Assembly: GCA_039796295.1 (NCBI GenBank)
Contig: JBDKJY010000005.1
Span: 125,324 to 189,323 of the forward strand
Source: Verrucomicrobiota bacterium
Lineage (GTDB): Bacteria; Verrucomicrobiota; Verrucomicrobiia; Limisphaerales; SXTU01
Direction: 5' to 3'
Length of the DNA: 64,000 bases
The notes under the pieces: generated by a model
The model's input: the letters and a program-made list of their open reading frames with translations, nothing else
What the model was told of the DNA's origin: nothing
Databases searched by the model: none
Part shown: piece by piece, positions 58,401 through 64,000 of the stretch
Layout: each line of letters opens with the position of its first letter
Numbering within the stretch: the first letter of the stretch is position 1
Translations under genes and position numbers: made by a program

Positions 58401-60297
58401 CTCCGGCACGCCGACCTCGGGCGACGCGGGCACGCTCACGGTCAAGGTGACGGCCACGGACAACGGCTCGCCGAATCTCTTTGGCAGCGCGACCTTCACC
58501 ATCACGACCGCCGTGGACAGCACGTCGCCGACGATCAATCTCAGCGCACCTTCCGCTAGCATCACGGCGGGCGGCTCCGTGACCTACACGGTGACGTATG
58601 CGGACGCGAACTTCAGCGCTAGCACCCTGGCGAACGGCAATATCACGCTGAACAAGACCGGGACCGCCAACGGCTCCGTAGCGGTGACCGGTTCGGGCAC
58701 GACGCGCACGGTGACCCTCAGCAGCATCACCGGCGATGGCACGATTGGCATCTCCGTCGCCGCCGCCACGGCCAGCGACACGGCGGGCAACACCGCTCCT
58801 GCCGCCGGGCCGAGCACGACCTTCACGGTGGATAACACGGCGCCCACGGTGGGCATCGGTTCGCCTTCGGCCAGCAGCACCGCCAGCGGCCCGATCACCT
58901 ACACGGTCACGTATGCGGATGCGAACTTCAGCGCGAGCACGCTCACCACCGGCAACATCACGCTGAACACGACCGGCACCGCGAACGGCAGCGTGGCGGT
59001 GACCGGTTCGGGCACGACGCGCACGGTGACCCTCAGCAGCATCACCGGCACCGGCACGCTGGGCATCTCGCTGGCGGCGGGGACGGCCAGCGACACGGCG
59101 GGGAACACCGCGCTGGCGGCAGGGCCGAGCACGACCTTCACGGTCACGCCGGCGGTGGCCGACCTGAACATCTACCTCACCGGCTCCACGGCCTTCCGGG
59201 CGGCGGCGTATGCGGGCATCGCGGCGCTTTACAACACCGGGTTCAGCGTGAACGCCTCCGCCAGTGCGGCGGCGCCGTTCACCACCATCGCGAACGCGCA
59301 GGCCCCTAACCGGCCCAGCGCGGACAGCACCTTCGAAGGGGCGAACTTCATGACGTTCAGCGGCACGATGACCATGTTCGGCGCGCAGGTCGTCGTCATC
59401 CGGTGCAACTGGAGCGGTTCGGTGGCGGGCATCCGGGATGTGGCGCAGCAGAACAGCCTGTCCTTCCTGAGCACGGCCCTGAGCCAGACCTCGGCCTTCA
59501 CGGACAACGGCACCACCGGCGTGCCGGACTTCTGCTTCTCGGACGTGGGCCAGACCGCGACGCTCTACAAGTCCCCCACGCTCCAGAACGTGACGTGCGC
59601 CGTGCTGCCCTACGTGTTCGTGAAGAATCAAGGCGCGCCCGCCAACCTCACGAACCTCCTCCACCAGCAGGCGATCACGTTGTTCGCTAATGGCGTGGTG
59701 CCGCTGCCCCTCCTCACGGGTGACATCACGGGTGACACCAACAAAGTGGCGTGTTTGATCGGTGGCTACTCCGGTTCCGGCACTCGCCTCGCGGTCTTTG
59801 CCGACACCGGCTACGGCGCGCTGAAGAACTCTGTGAATTACAAGTATAGCGCCACCGCAAACGCCGGTTCCCCGGCCTTTACCCTCGTGTCCCCGGACCC
59901 GAACGTCGGGCACACCAGCGGCGGCTCGGTGAAGAGCGACCTGAGCAACGCCATCAGCACCGCGCTGAACGCGGCGGGTGACACGTATGTCACCGGCTAC
60001 GCCCTCGGTTACCTCGGCATCAAAGATGCCGCTGGGGTCACCGGCAATAGTTCCGGCGCGTTGAACCTGGCTTACGACGGCGCGACCTATAGCGCGGCCA
60101 ACGTGAAGAGCGGCACCTACTCCCTCTGGAGTTACGAGCGGCTTTACCACCGGTCCGGCCTCAGCGGCGACCTCACCACGTTCCGGGGCTTCCTGACGAA
60201 CGCGGTGATCAGCAACTTGGGCACGTCCGCCCTCCCGCTCTCCACTATGTCCGTGGAGCGCGCGGTGGACGGTGGCCCGATCGGCACCAAGTATTAA
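52414..60297 (+). CDS. giant (2627 aa) multi-domain surface adhesin-like protein with C-terminal PstS-like domain
   Basis: ATG 52414 gives the signal peptide MKNLFLNAALIRTLRWCGALTVCLLALQPAASVAG. Approximate domains: YDG/MBG-type repeats 53.4-55.2 kb, cadherin-like beta-sandwich 55.2-55.5 kb, Calx-beta 56.10-56.45 kb, Ig-like 56.45-56.70 kb, phytase-like esterase beta-propeller 56.9-58.2 kb, dystroglycan/cadherin-like Ig 58.2-58.5 kb, 2 x 105-aa Ig-like repeats 58.5-59.15 kb, PstS-like domain 59.16-60.29 kb. Confidence 0.85.
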   Translation: MKNLFLNAALIRTLRWCGALTVCLLALQPAASVAGPFSAGNLAVIQGEGSASNTNATVIELNTTTASQSAVQSIAIDGTTMPGSMRFSASASSTMYLALNNDGTLLVFNGANTNHGAANVNTYLRRGIGSLNPLGTFGIQTTYDGTSGNQTRGASSVDNVNWLIGDQGGIYTNGATAASGTGNMRGIKSFGGTVYGFQASASLPPVGTVTATAYTALTGLANGNANKTDFYLISSGSNGSTYDVLYVVEATSATVGVISKYSLVTGSWTANGTYATTFGGFGLAAAKNGSGANLYVTTGSGATSANSVIKLADTAGYNSTISITTGNNVTLFTAATGKLLKGITFAPNGIVTSGTLSAVSTTYGTASSAASFTASGAGLTADLVVTAPSGFEVSTTIGSGYGASVSLTPTSGTVSATTVYVRLAATTAAGSYSGNVVCTSTGVTTQNVAMPSSTVSAKGLTITGLSGVSRNYNGTTAATLTGTAALSGVLVGDVSNVTLGGSPTATFATAGAGTSKAITVTGYSISGSAAANYSLAQPTGLIADINQTALTITANNVSKALGATLTSGSGSTAFTSAGLVNSETIGTVTITYGSGAAAGDSVGTYTGSVTPSAATGGTFTAANYAITYTAGDINVSASPAINVSGTLSAVNATYGSPSPTPTSFTASGGNLTGNLTVTAPANFEVSTTLGSGYGASLNLTASGGTVANTTIYVRLAAGPVVGNYSGNVSVSGGGATTQTVAIPSSSVSAKGLTITGLSGVNKVYDRNNTATLTGTAALSGVVSGDESNVTLAGTPSATFATITVGTIKAITVTGYSLTGSAAAQYTLAQPAGLTADITAKALTITSAAVTTKAYDGTTAATITGTLSGVVSPDAVTLNGTGTFASAGPGVGLAVTSTSTLGGADAGNYSLTQPTGLTGTITGSANADLSALTVNGGQLWLSPNFAGSTTNYTTYPDHATNSITITPTVADANATVKVNGTTVTSGTASAAISINHGTNIITVVVTAQDAVTTKTNTIIAIRSATSLLPGAIAFTGFDADGSDDIAFVALTNIPANTVIHFGDNAWNGSAIGSGGAFAGFTESEWVWIAPAGGLAAGTVVAINNLAATPTVTAGTMEFVDTANRGLSTTAETIYAFQGSSHVPTVFLAGISSETGTPFQNTGLSGGAAVTLSSSSDGARYKGARTGQTTFAACLALIGDVANNWDDIANGDGTTYLPFSSTAFTATAFDANVSINDVSVTEGDAGTKTLTFTVTRSGNAGAFTLDYATANGTATTANSDYAATNGTLNFTAAGSLTLTVDVTLNGDTTAEGDETFVVNLSNVINSLGTATVTKSQGTGTILNDDPVAPSISVQPASVTIATGSATTLSITASGTPTPTYQWYLGASGNTASPISGATSATYTTAVLLANTSYWVRVSNSAGTVDSTTAAVTVSYATPYASTNLAVLAPNTAAWNPAGVTVNGTTFINLGLQGMGRVPASAIDSATGESLGSISDMQISGWKKNTDGSYSGTLNTLPDRGYNNGATFSNYRARLNNFAFTFTPYTNSTPTNAQNQIALTFTGSTAFTYNNGAGQKFTTGLPADGTASLFGTTVPVAAGNTTQSDGTVANRLTLDSEGLILDQRAGKSGAGWIGDEYGGSIYHFNSSKQIDGQLILPAALIPHSPVGTVNFNGTPVNGRRDNQGMEGIAQSPDGTRLFALMQSATIQDTGSGNQGRYNTRLLVYDISSTDTPTDPIAQYVIQLPRIDTTGSTSNGTTVDKVGAQSSIVALSTNQILILSRDGNGRGSSGSPVFKSVLLADLSSASNIDGSYDAEGAAVAPSGTLTAGVTPLAWTEALNMVGKLGATTAEVEKFGLNLNTAPGDTNTISEKWEALTLVSANDAANPNDYFLFVGNDNDFITGTGKYLDASGTVQSYNAGLENDSIVLVWRVRMTSSFNQPPFVANAIADQTSVATAAFSFAFAANTFADPESQTLTYTATKADDTALPSWLTFNSSTRTFSGTPTSGDAGTLTVKVTATDNGSPNLFGSATFTITTAVDSTSPTINLSAPSASITAGGSVTYTVTYADANFSASTLANGNITLNKTGTANGSVAVTGSGTTRTVTLSSITGDGTIGISVAAATASDTAGNTAPAAGPSTTFTVDNTAPTVGIGSPSASSTASGPITYTVTYADANFSASTLTTGNITLNTTGTANGSVAVTGSGTTRTVTLSSITGTGTLGISLAAGTASDTAGNTALAAGPSTTFTVTPAVADLNIYLTGSTAFRAAAYAGIAALYNTGFSVNASASAAAPFTTIANAQAPNRPSADSTFEGANFMTFSGTMTMFGAQVVVIRCNWSGSVAGIRDVAQQNSLSFLSTALSQTSAFTDNGTTGVPDFCFSDVGQTATLYKSPTLQNVTCAVLPYVFVKNQGAPANLTNLLHQQAITLFANGVVPLPLLTGDITGDTNKVACLIGGYSGSGTRLAVFADTGYGALKNSVNYKYSATANAGSPAFTLVSPDPNVGHTSGGSVKSDLSNAISTALNAAGDTYVTGYALGYLGIKDAAGVTGNSSGALNLAYDGATYSAANVKSGTYSLWSYERLYHRSGLSGDLTTFRGFLTNAVISNLGTSALPLSTMSVERAVDGGPIGTKY
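58522..59151 (+). repeat. intragenic tandem repeat, 2 x 315 bp (105 aa units)
   Basis: acctacacggtgacgtatgcggacgcgaacttcagcgc at 58582 recurs at 58897. The units are near-identical (TYTVTYADANFSASTL..GNITLN.TGTANGSVAVTGSGTTRTVTLSSITG). Confidence 0.9.
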
Positions 60298-60323
60298 GCG
60301 ACTGGCTTAAACCTCTGACTCAA

Positions 60324-60355
60324 ACAGCGCGGGCCTCGGCTCGCGCTGTTTTTTT
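60324..60355 (+). terminator. rho-independent terminator (paralog of 52032-52063)
   Basis: Stem 60324-60334 / 60339-60349 with one G-U pair, loop CTCG, then T7. The flanking sequence ...cttaaa.ctctgactca.acagcgcggg...tttttttgtgccc is shared with the first terminator. Confidence 0.85.
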
Positions 60356-60420
60356 GTGCCCGGACCTGGCCGGGGAAGCGACGGTTTGGGGAGCCCAGCC
60401 GGAAGGATGCAGTGGACCCG

Positions 60421-60589
60421 TAAGGAGCGCGGCCTTCAGGGCGCAGCAACGGCCTTCCCCTCGCAGGGTTTAGACCAACGACGGTGTTGGGGGAGACAAA
60501 CTGTTGGGTTCGTTCCCAGCGGACCCCACGAAACGGGTCCAGCCCCCCGGCGATGCTACGCTTCTGCGGCCTGAAGGCCGCGCTCCTTA
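60421..60589. repeat. 20-bp perfect inverted repeat enclosing 129 nt (long hairpin or MITE-like element)
   Basis: TAAGGAGCGCGGCCTTCAGG (60421-60440) and its exact reverse complement (60570-60589). After one mismatch the pairing extends 5 bp more (60442-60446/60564-60568). Internal hairpins include GGACCC...GGGTCC and CCAAC...GTTGG. Confidence 0.9.
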
Positions 60590-60736
60590 TGGCATCGGTC
60601 CCGCTAAGTCATCGCAGAGTGGCCAGTTGGCGGGCGAAGCGTGCTCGCGGGCGTCCGGTTTGGGGTAAATCACGAGCTTCACGGCAGGAATTTGATCTTG
60701 AGTGGCACCAAAGGGCCAAAAACCATCTAACCAGTC

Positions 60737-60883
60737 ACTAGACAGTCAATTATTTCGACTGGCCGACTGATTTGCGCGACTGGACAGTCCATTAACTTAA
60801 CTGGACAGCCGATTTGCGCGACTGGACGGCCTATTCACTCTACTAGATGGTATAGTAATCTGACTAGTCAGATGGTCAGGATA
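60737..60883. repeat. seven-unit array with exact 21-bp phasing (ACTRG-initiated units), in a locally AT-rich patch
   Basis: Units start at 60737, 60758, 60779, 60800, 60821, 60842 and 60863: ACTAGACAGTC, ACTGGCCGACT, ACTGGACAGTC, ACTGGACAGCC, ACTGGACGGCC, ACTAGATGGTA, ACTAGTCAGAT. A nested 17-bp repeat GATTTGCGCGACTGGAC occurs at 60769 and 60811. The palindrome TGACTAGTCA is at 60861-60870. Confidence 0.9.
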
Positions 60884-61147
60884 GGTTTCCGGCTGTGATT
60901 TTGACCCTTGGGAAGGCTCTGTTGTGTGCCTGCGGGGTGGGGGATGGCATCGAAGTCGATAAGTCTTCACGCTAGAGGCGTAGGTGAAGGGGATGGTTGG
61001 GCCGCTCAACTCGGTGCGCTTGTAAACCCGGTAGGGGCGACCTGCGGGTTGGCCAGGGTGGGTGTCGGCCGCCGGCGGCCGCGCGGCCGCGCGGCCCTAC
61101 CTGGGTTTAAGGTTAACCTTGATTGGAACAGCCGTAGTCCGGGTGGA

Positions 61148-61924
61148 CTACAGGGCACTGGTGCGCCGCACGGCGAAGATTTCGTCGCTGCTCAGGGGGC
61201 CGGTGGCGGGCACGCGCTCGCCGTCGAGGTAGAAGAGCGAGTAGCCAAGGCTTTTGAGCAGCCGGACGCACTGTTCCTCCTGCACTTGGCCATGCAGGGC
61301 GAGCAGGATGTCCGGCGAATGCTGCTCCAGGATGGGCCGGAAGGCGGGGAGGACCGCGCTTTCTGCACCTTCGATGTCCACTTTGAGCAGTTGAGGGATA
61401 GCGGCGGGGAGGGCGGCGAGGACGGCGGCCGGGGTAAGCGTGGGGACGAGGTAGGGGAGGTCCCGACCGGCCAGGGCACCCATCGAACTATTGTGGGTGG
61501 CGGTGAAACCGAGCAGGTCGGCGGTGTCACTGAGGGCGGCTTGGATGACTTTAACGTTGGTGAGGGCGTTGAGTTCGAGGTGGTGCAGGAGGAAGGCCAC
61601 GTTGGCGGCCAAAGGTTCAAAGGCGAGCACCTGGCCGGTGGGGCCGACGAGTTGGGCGAAGGCCAGGGTGTAGAAGCCCACGTTGGCACCGATGTCCCAA
61701 ACGGTCATACCGGGTTTGACCACGCGGGCGACGAAGTCTTGTTTCTCAAACTCGTAGGTGCCGAACCAGCAGCGCTGGATGCTGGAGCCGCAGACCCAGC
61801 GGCGGCCGCGGTTGAGGCCCGTGGGGATGCGGACGACGCAGCTCGCGGGGACGAGTTTCAGCGGAAGCCGCAGGAGCCGTCCCAAAAGGGAGGTGTGGTC
61901 GGTGCGGGTGAGCTGGCGGAGCAT
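61148..61924 (-). CDS. FkbM-family methyltransferase
   Basis: VWDIGANVGFYTLAFA...LLKVDIEGAESAVL. ATG 61924 is chosen; the listed ORF's upstream extension is Arg/Gln-rich and overlaps the preceding gene. Confidence 0.8.
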   Translation of the reverse strand: MLRQLTRTDHTSLLGRLLRLPLKLVPASCVVRIPTGLNRGRRWVCGSSIQRCWFGTYEFEKQDFVARVVKPGMTVWDIGANVGFYTLAFAQLVGPTGQVLAFEPLAANVAFLLHHLELNALTNVKVIQAALSDTADLLGFTATHNSSMGALAGRDLPYLVPTLTPAAVLAALPAAIPQLLKVDIEGAESAVLPAFRPILEQHSPDILLALHGQVQEEQCVRLLKSLGYSLFYLDGERVPATGPLSSDEIFAVRRTSAL

Positions 61925-61986
61925 GACGGCGGAGGCGTTGGCCGTGGAAGTGGGAGCCACAAGCGCCGAGGGGGCCTCGCCGCCGC

Positions 61987-63291
61987 TTACGGCACGCGGG
62001 TGGCTTGCAACACGTAGAAGCGCGTCGCATCGGGGTTGGTGTCGGTCAGGGTCTGCGGGCTGCCGTTGCCGTTGACGCTGCCCGCCGCGACGGGCCAAGT
62101 GCTGATGGGGGAGTTAAGTCCAGCGGCGTTGGTGTAACGGAGGGTGTAGCTGACGCCCGCGTAGGAGGGGAACGTGATGGTGGAGGTCTGGCTCACCCGC
62201 GTGATGCCGTTGGCGCTGATGAGCGGGAGGAAGGCGTCCACGATGGTGCCAGTGGCGGGGTTGGTGCCCAAGGTGCCGTTCACCGGGCTGGAGAGCAGGA
62301 CGGTGAAGTTGACGGAGTTCTTGTAAGTCGTGCGGCCCAGCGCGGGCACGGTGATGGTGAGGTTTGTGATGCCGGCGATGAAGTTGAGCGTGCCGCTGGT
62401 GGTGGTGTAATCCGTGCCGGCCACGGCGGTGCCGTTCTGCGTGGCGTAGTTGACGGAGACGGCGGAGGCGAAGTTGGTGGAGAGGGTGACGGTGAAGACG
62501 GCGTTGGAGGTGCCATTGGTGGCGATCTGCACGGTGGTGTTGGCGATGGAAATAGTCGGCGGGGTGGCGACCGCGCCGCCCGCCGCAGTGAAGGTCATGG
62601 TCCCATTGGCGAACAGGTCGAAGTAACCGAGGAGCGTCGGCGTGCCCAAAGGCTTGAGCTGATACAGGTCGGAGCGGACGAAGGCCGCGCCGGTGAAGGG
62701 CGCGGGCGTGAGGTTTTCGATGCTGCCTTGGAAGCCGCCGAAGTCGCCGTTATCGCCGATGAACGCGTTGTAGCTCTGGGGATTCCCATTCGGAATGATA
62801 ACGGCGGTGGCGGTGTTGTTGGCTCCGGGAGCGATGCTGCTGCTGTAGGCGGCGGCATTGTCGCCGACGGAGAGGGCGGGGGTAACGGTGTTGCCTTGGA
62901 CGCTGATGGAGGCGGTGCTCCAGGGGGTGCTCTGGACGTTGGGATCGAGGCGCGGGGCCGTGAGCCAGAGGGTGTTCCGGGGGGCGTTGGGATCGCCGGC
63001 CGCGTTCATGCCGCCGGAAACCGACCAGTTGACGTTGGCGTAGGAAGCGCCGAACGCGGTGGTGAGCTGGCTGGCGGTGAAGCCTGTGATGGCGAACGTG
63101 CTGCCGGGCGTGGCGCCGTAGTAGAGGGAGGCTTGGCCCAGGTTGACTTCGAGGTTGGAGGTGCCGCCGACCTTGCGGAAGCCCAACATGAGGTCTCGGA
63201 CGTTGTAATTCAGCGGGCCAGCCGTGACTGCGGCCACACTGGTGAGGATGGCGACGGCGACAGAGAGTAAGTTCAGCGAGCGTTTCGACAT
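61987..63291 (-). CDS. secreted protein: N-terminal domain paralogous to 49876-50697, plus Calx-beta-like domain and an unassigned C-terminal domain
   Basis: ATG 63291 gives the signal peptide MSKRSLNLLSVAVAILTSVAAVTAG (alternative TTG at 63315). LMLGFRKVGGTSNLEVNLG aligns with MLLGFRKDSQSSNLEVNLG. VNYATQNGTAVAGTDYTTTSGTLNF is Calx-beta-like. No PEP-CTERM tail. Confidence 0.75.
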   Translation of the reverse strand: MSKRSLNLLSVAVAILTSVAAVTAGPLNYNVRDLMLGFRKVGGTSNLEVNLGQASLYYGATPGSTFAITGFTASQLTTAFGASYANVNWSVSGGMNAAGDPNAPRNTLWLTAPRLDPNVQSTPWSTASISVQGNTVTPALSVGDNAAAYSSSIAPGANNTATAVIIPNGNPQSYNAFIGDNGDFGGFQGSIENLTPAPFTGAAFVRSDLYQLKPLGTPTLLGYFDLFANGTMTFTAAGGAVATPPTISIANTTVQIATNGTSNAVFTVTLSTNFASAVSVNYATQNGTAVAGTDYTTTSGTLNFIAGITNLTITVPALGRTTYKNSVNFTVLLSSPVNGTLGTNPATGTIVDAFLPLISANGITRVSQTSTITFPSYAGVSYTLRYTNAAGLNSPISTWPVAAGSVNGNGSPQTLTDTNPDATRFYVLQATRVP

Positions 63292-63347
63292 AGGATGAAG
63301 GGCAGTCAATTTCAAAAAGAGGGCGTGACTTTAAGGAGGGCAGTCAG

Positions 63348-63388
63348 TGGGAGCATTCGGTTTTCGGACATGGCATGGGAGCATTCGG
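63348..63388. promoter_or_regulatory. 13-bp direct repeat pair upstream of the 61987-63291 gene
   Basis: TGGGAGCATTCGG at 63348-63360 and 63376-63388 (28-bp spacing), 57-97 bp upstream of the ATG on the - strand. Confidence 0.3.
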
Positions 63389-63498
63389 CCACCAGAATCC
63401 GGCCCGATTCCCATGTGAAACGACGCCAATTCCGGGAAACCGCCGTCGGAGGGGAGATTTGTTGCCAAATTGTGCGGCCGCCGAGCCGGGCCAGCGGG

Positions 63499-64000
63499 CT
63501 ACGGGCTGGCCTGCTGGTAGGCGACGGCCTCGCGCAGATACTCATTGTAGCGCTGATAACCAATCAGCGACCGGAGGAGGTCGTCAGTCTGCTGGAGGGC
63601 GGCGCGGCGGCGCTTTTCGAAATTGGGGTCAGCCGTGTTGGTGGGGTTATTGCCGAAGTCTGCCTCGAACTGCTGGCTTAGGCCTTGGAGCAATTTCAAT
63701 TCGGTCTCGCTGGGTTTGATGCCGGCGTAGATCTGCTTCAACTGGGCGAACGAAGCGTCCTGAGTGGTGAAGCCAGCCAAGGAATCTTCGGTCGCCGGTG
63801 AGGCGGCGGGTGAGGGCGCAGCGGAGGGAGCCTGCGGGCGCGCGCCGCTGGTGCGAACGGCGGCTGGAACCGACGATAACGGCGGTGGGGACAGGAGTTG
63901 CTGGCGGACGGCCTGCTCCTCGCGGTCGATGGATTCCGTCGCGCGGGCAACTTCTGGCGCTGCCTTGGCAGTCGCGCGGGCGGTATTGCGGCGAGCATCG
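63499..64000 (-). CDS. hypothetical protein, C-terminal part (5' end beyond window)
   Basis: The frame ending at TAG 63499-63501 stays open to nt 64000. It has a Pro/Ala/Ser-rich linker followed by ...FAQLKQIYAGIKPSETELKLLQGLSQQFEADFG... I recognise no family. Confidence 0.5.
   Translation of the reverse strand, partial: DARRNTARATAKAAPEVARATESIDREEQAVRQQLLSPPPLSSVPAAVRTSGARPQAPSAAPSPAASPATEDSLAGFTTQDASFAQLKQIYAGIKPSETELKLLQGLSQQFEADFGNNPTNTADPNFEKRRRAALQQTDDLLRSLIGYQRYNEYLREAVAYQQASP

Noticed and set aside
53212-60150. Long - strand ORFs (562 aa at 53212-54900 and 1638 aa at 55234-60150) inside the giant adhesin gene
   Set aside because: These are Arg/Gly/Ala-rich antisense frames with no motifs. 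The + strand frame carries a signal peptide and many recognisable domains.
60737-60883. Considered whether the phased repeats could be a CRISPR array
   Set aside because: The 21-bp period is far too short for repeat plus spacer, the units are degenerate rather than alternating conserved and unique, and no cas genes are present.
60356-61009. Small ORFs in the convergent gap (72 aa +, 85 aa +, 70 aa -)
   Set aside because: I saw no start context, motifs or plausible composition. The 70-aa ORF merely translates the 21-bp repeats (SSRVNRPSSRANRLSS).

Overview
This is a 64 kb, high-GC bacterial chromosomal segment. The gene content (repeated DUF1501/DUF1552/CxxCH-DUF1592 modules, a PEP-CTERM/exosortase locus, a giant repeat adhesin) suggests the PVC superphylum, probably Verrucomicrobiota; this is inference only. 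Layout: (1) 1-17.1 kb, + strand: paralogous envelope modules of unknown function. They comprise DUF1552 x3 plus one decayed relic, one DUF1501, and two CxxCH/DUF1592-family proteins of 1399 and 828 aa. The block also holds two tandem secreted paralogs with no recognisable family, an ECF sigma/anti-sigma pair, and a VapBC-type toxin-antitoxin cassette between a DUF1592 gene and its DUF1552 partner. (2) 17.1-20.4 kb: esterase, TIM-barrel isomerase-like protein, class-III aminotransferase. (3) 20.4-21.1 kb: a 680-bp non-coding gap containing a 180-nt helix-closed element. (4) 21.1-49.1 kb: an exopolysaccharide locus. It starts with a priming phosphotransferase (- strand), followed by 17 co-directional, largely translationally coupled genes: OMP, Wza-like, Wzc-like, flippase, 8 glycosyltransferases, polymerase-like membrane protein, acetyltransferase, 2 methyltransferases, and finally an exosortase-EpsI fusion. 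Facing it is a convergent operon: FecR-like protein, O-antigen-ligase/TPR fusion, TPR protein, PEP-CTERM-tagged trypsin-like protease, FkbM methyltransferase. (5) 49.1-63.3 kb: an accessory surface-protein island. It contains a PEP-CTERM-like (VPESG) protein, a stand-alone PstS-like binding protein, and a 2627-aa multi-domain adhesin whose C-terminus is a paralog of that binding protein (the terminator is duplicated too). It also contains an 850-bp structured gap with a 7-unit, exactly 21-bp-phased repeat array and a 20-bp perfect inverted repeat, a second FkbM gene, and a Calx-beta paralog of the VPESG protein. (6) 63.5-64 kb: a partial ORF. I saw no rRNA, canonical tRNA, CRISPR array, transposase or integrase. 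All family names come from motif recognition by eye; no database search was run.
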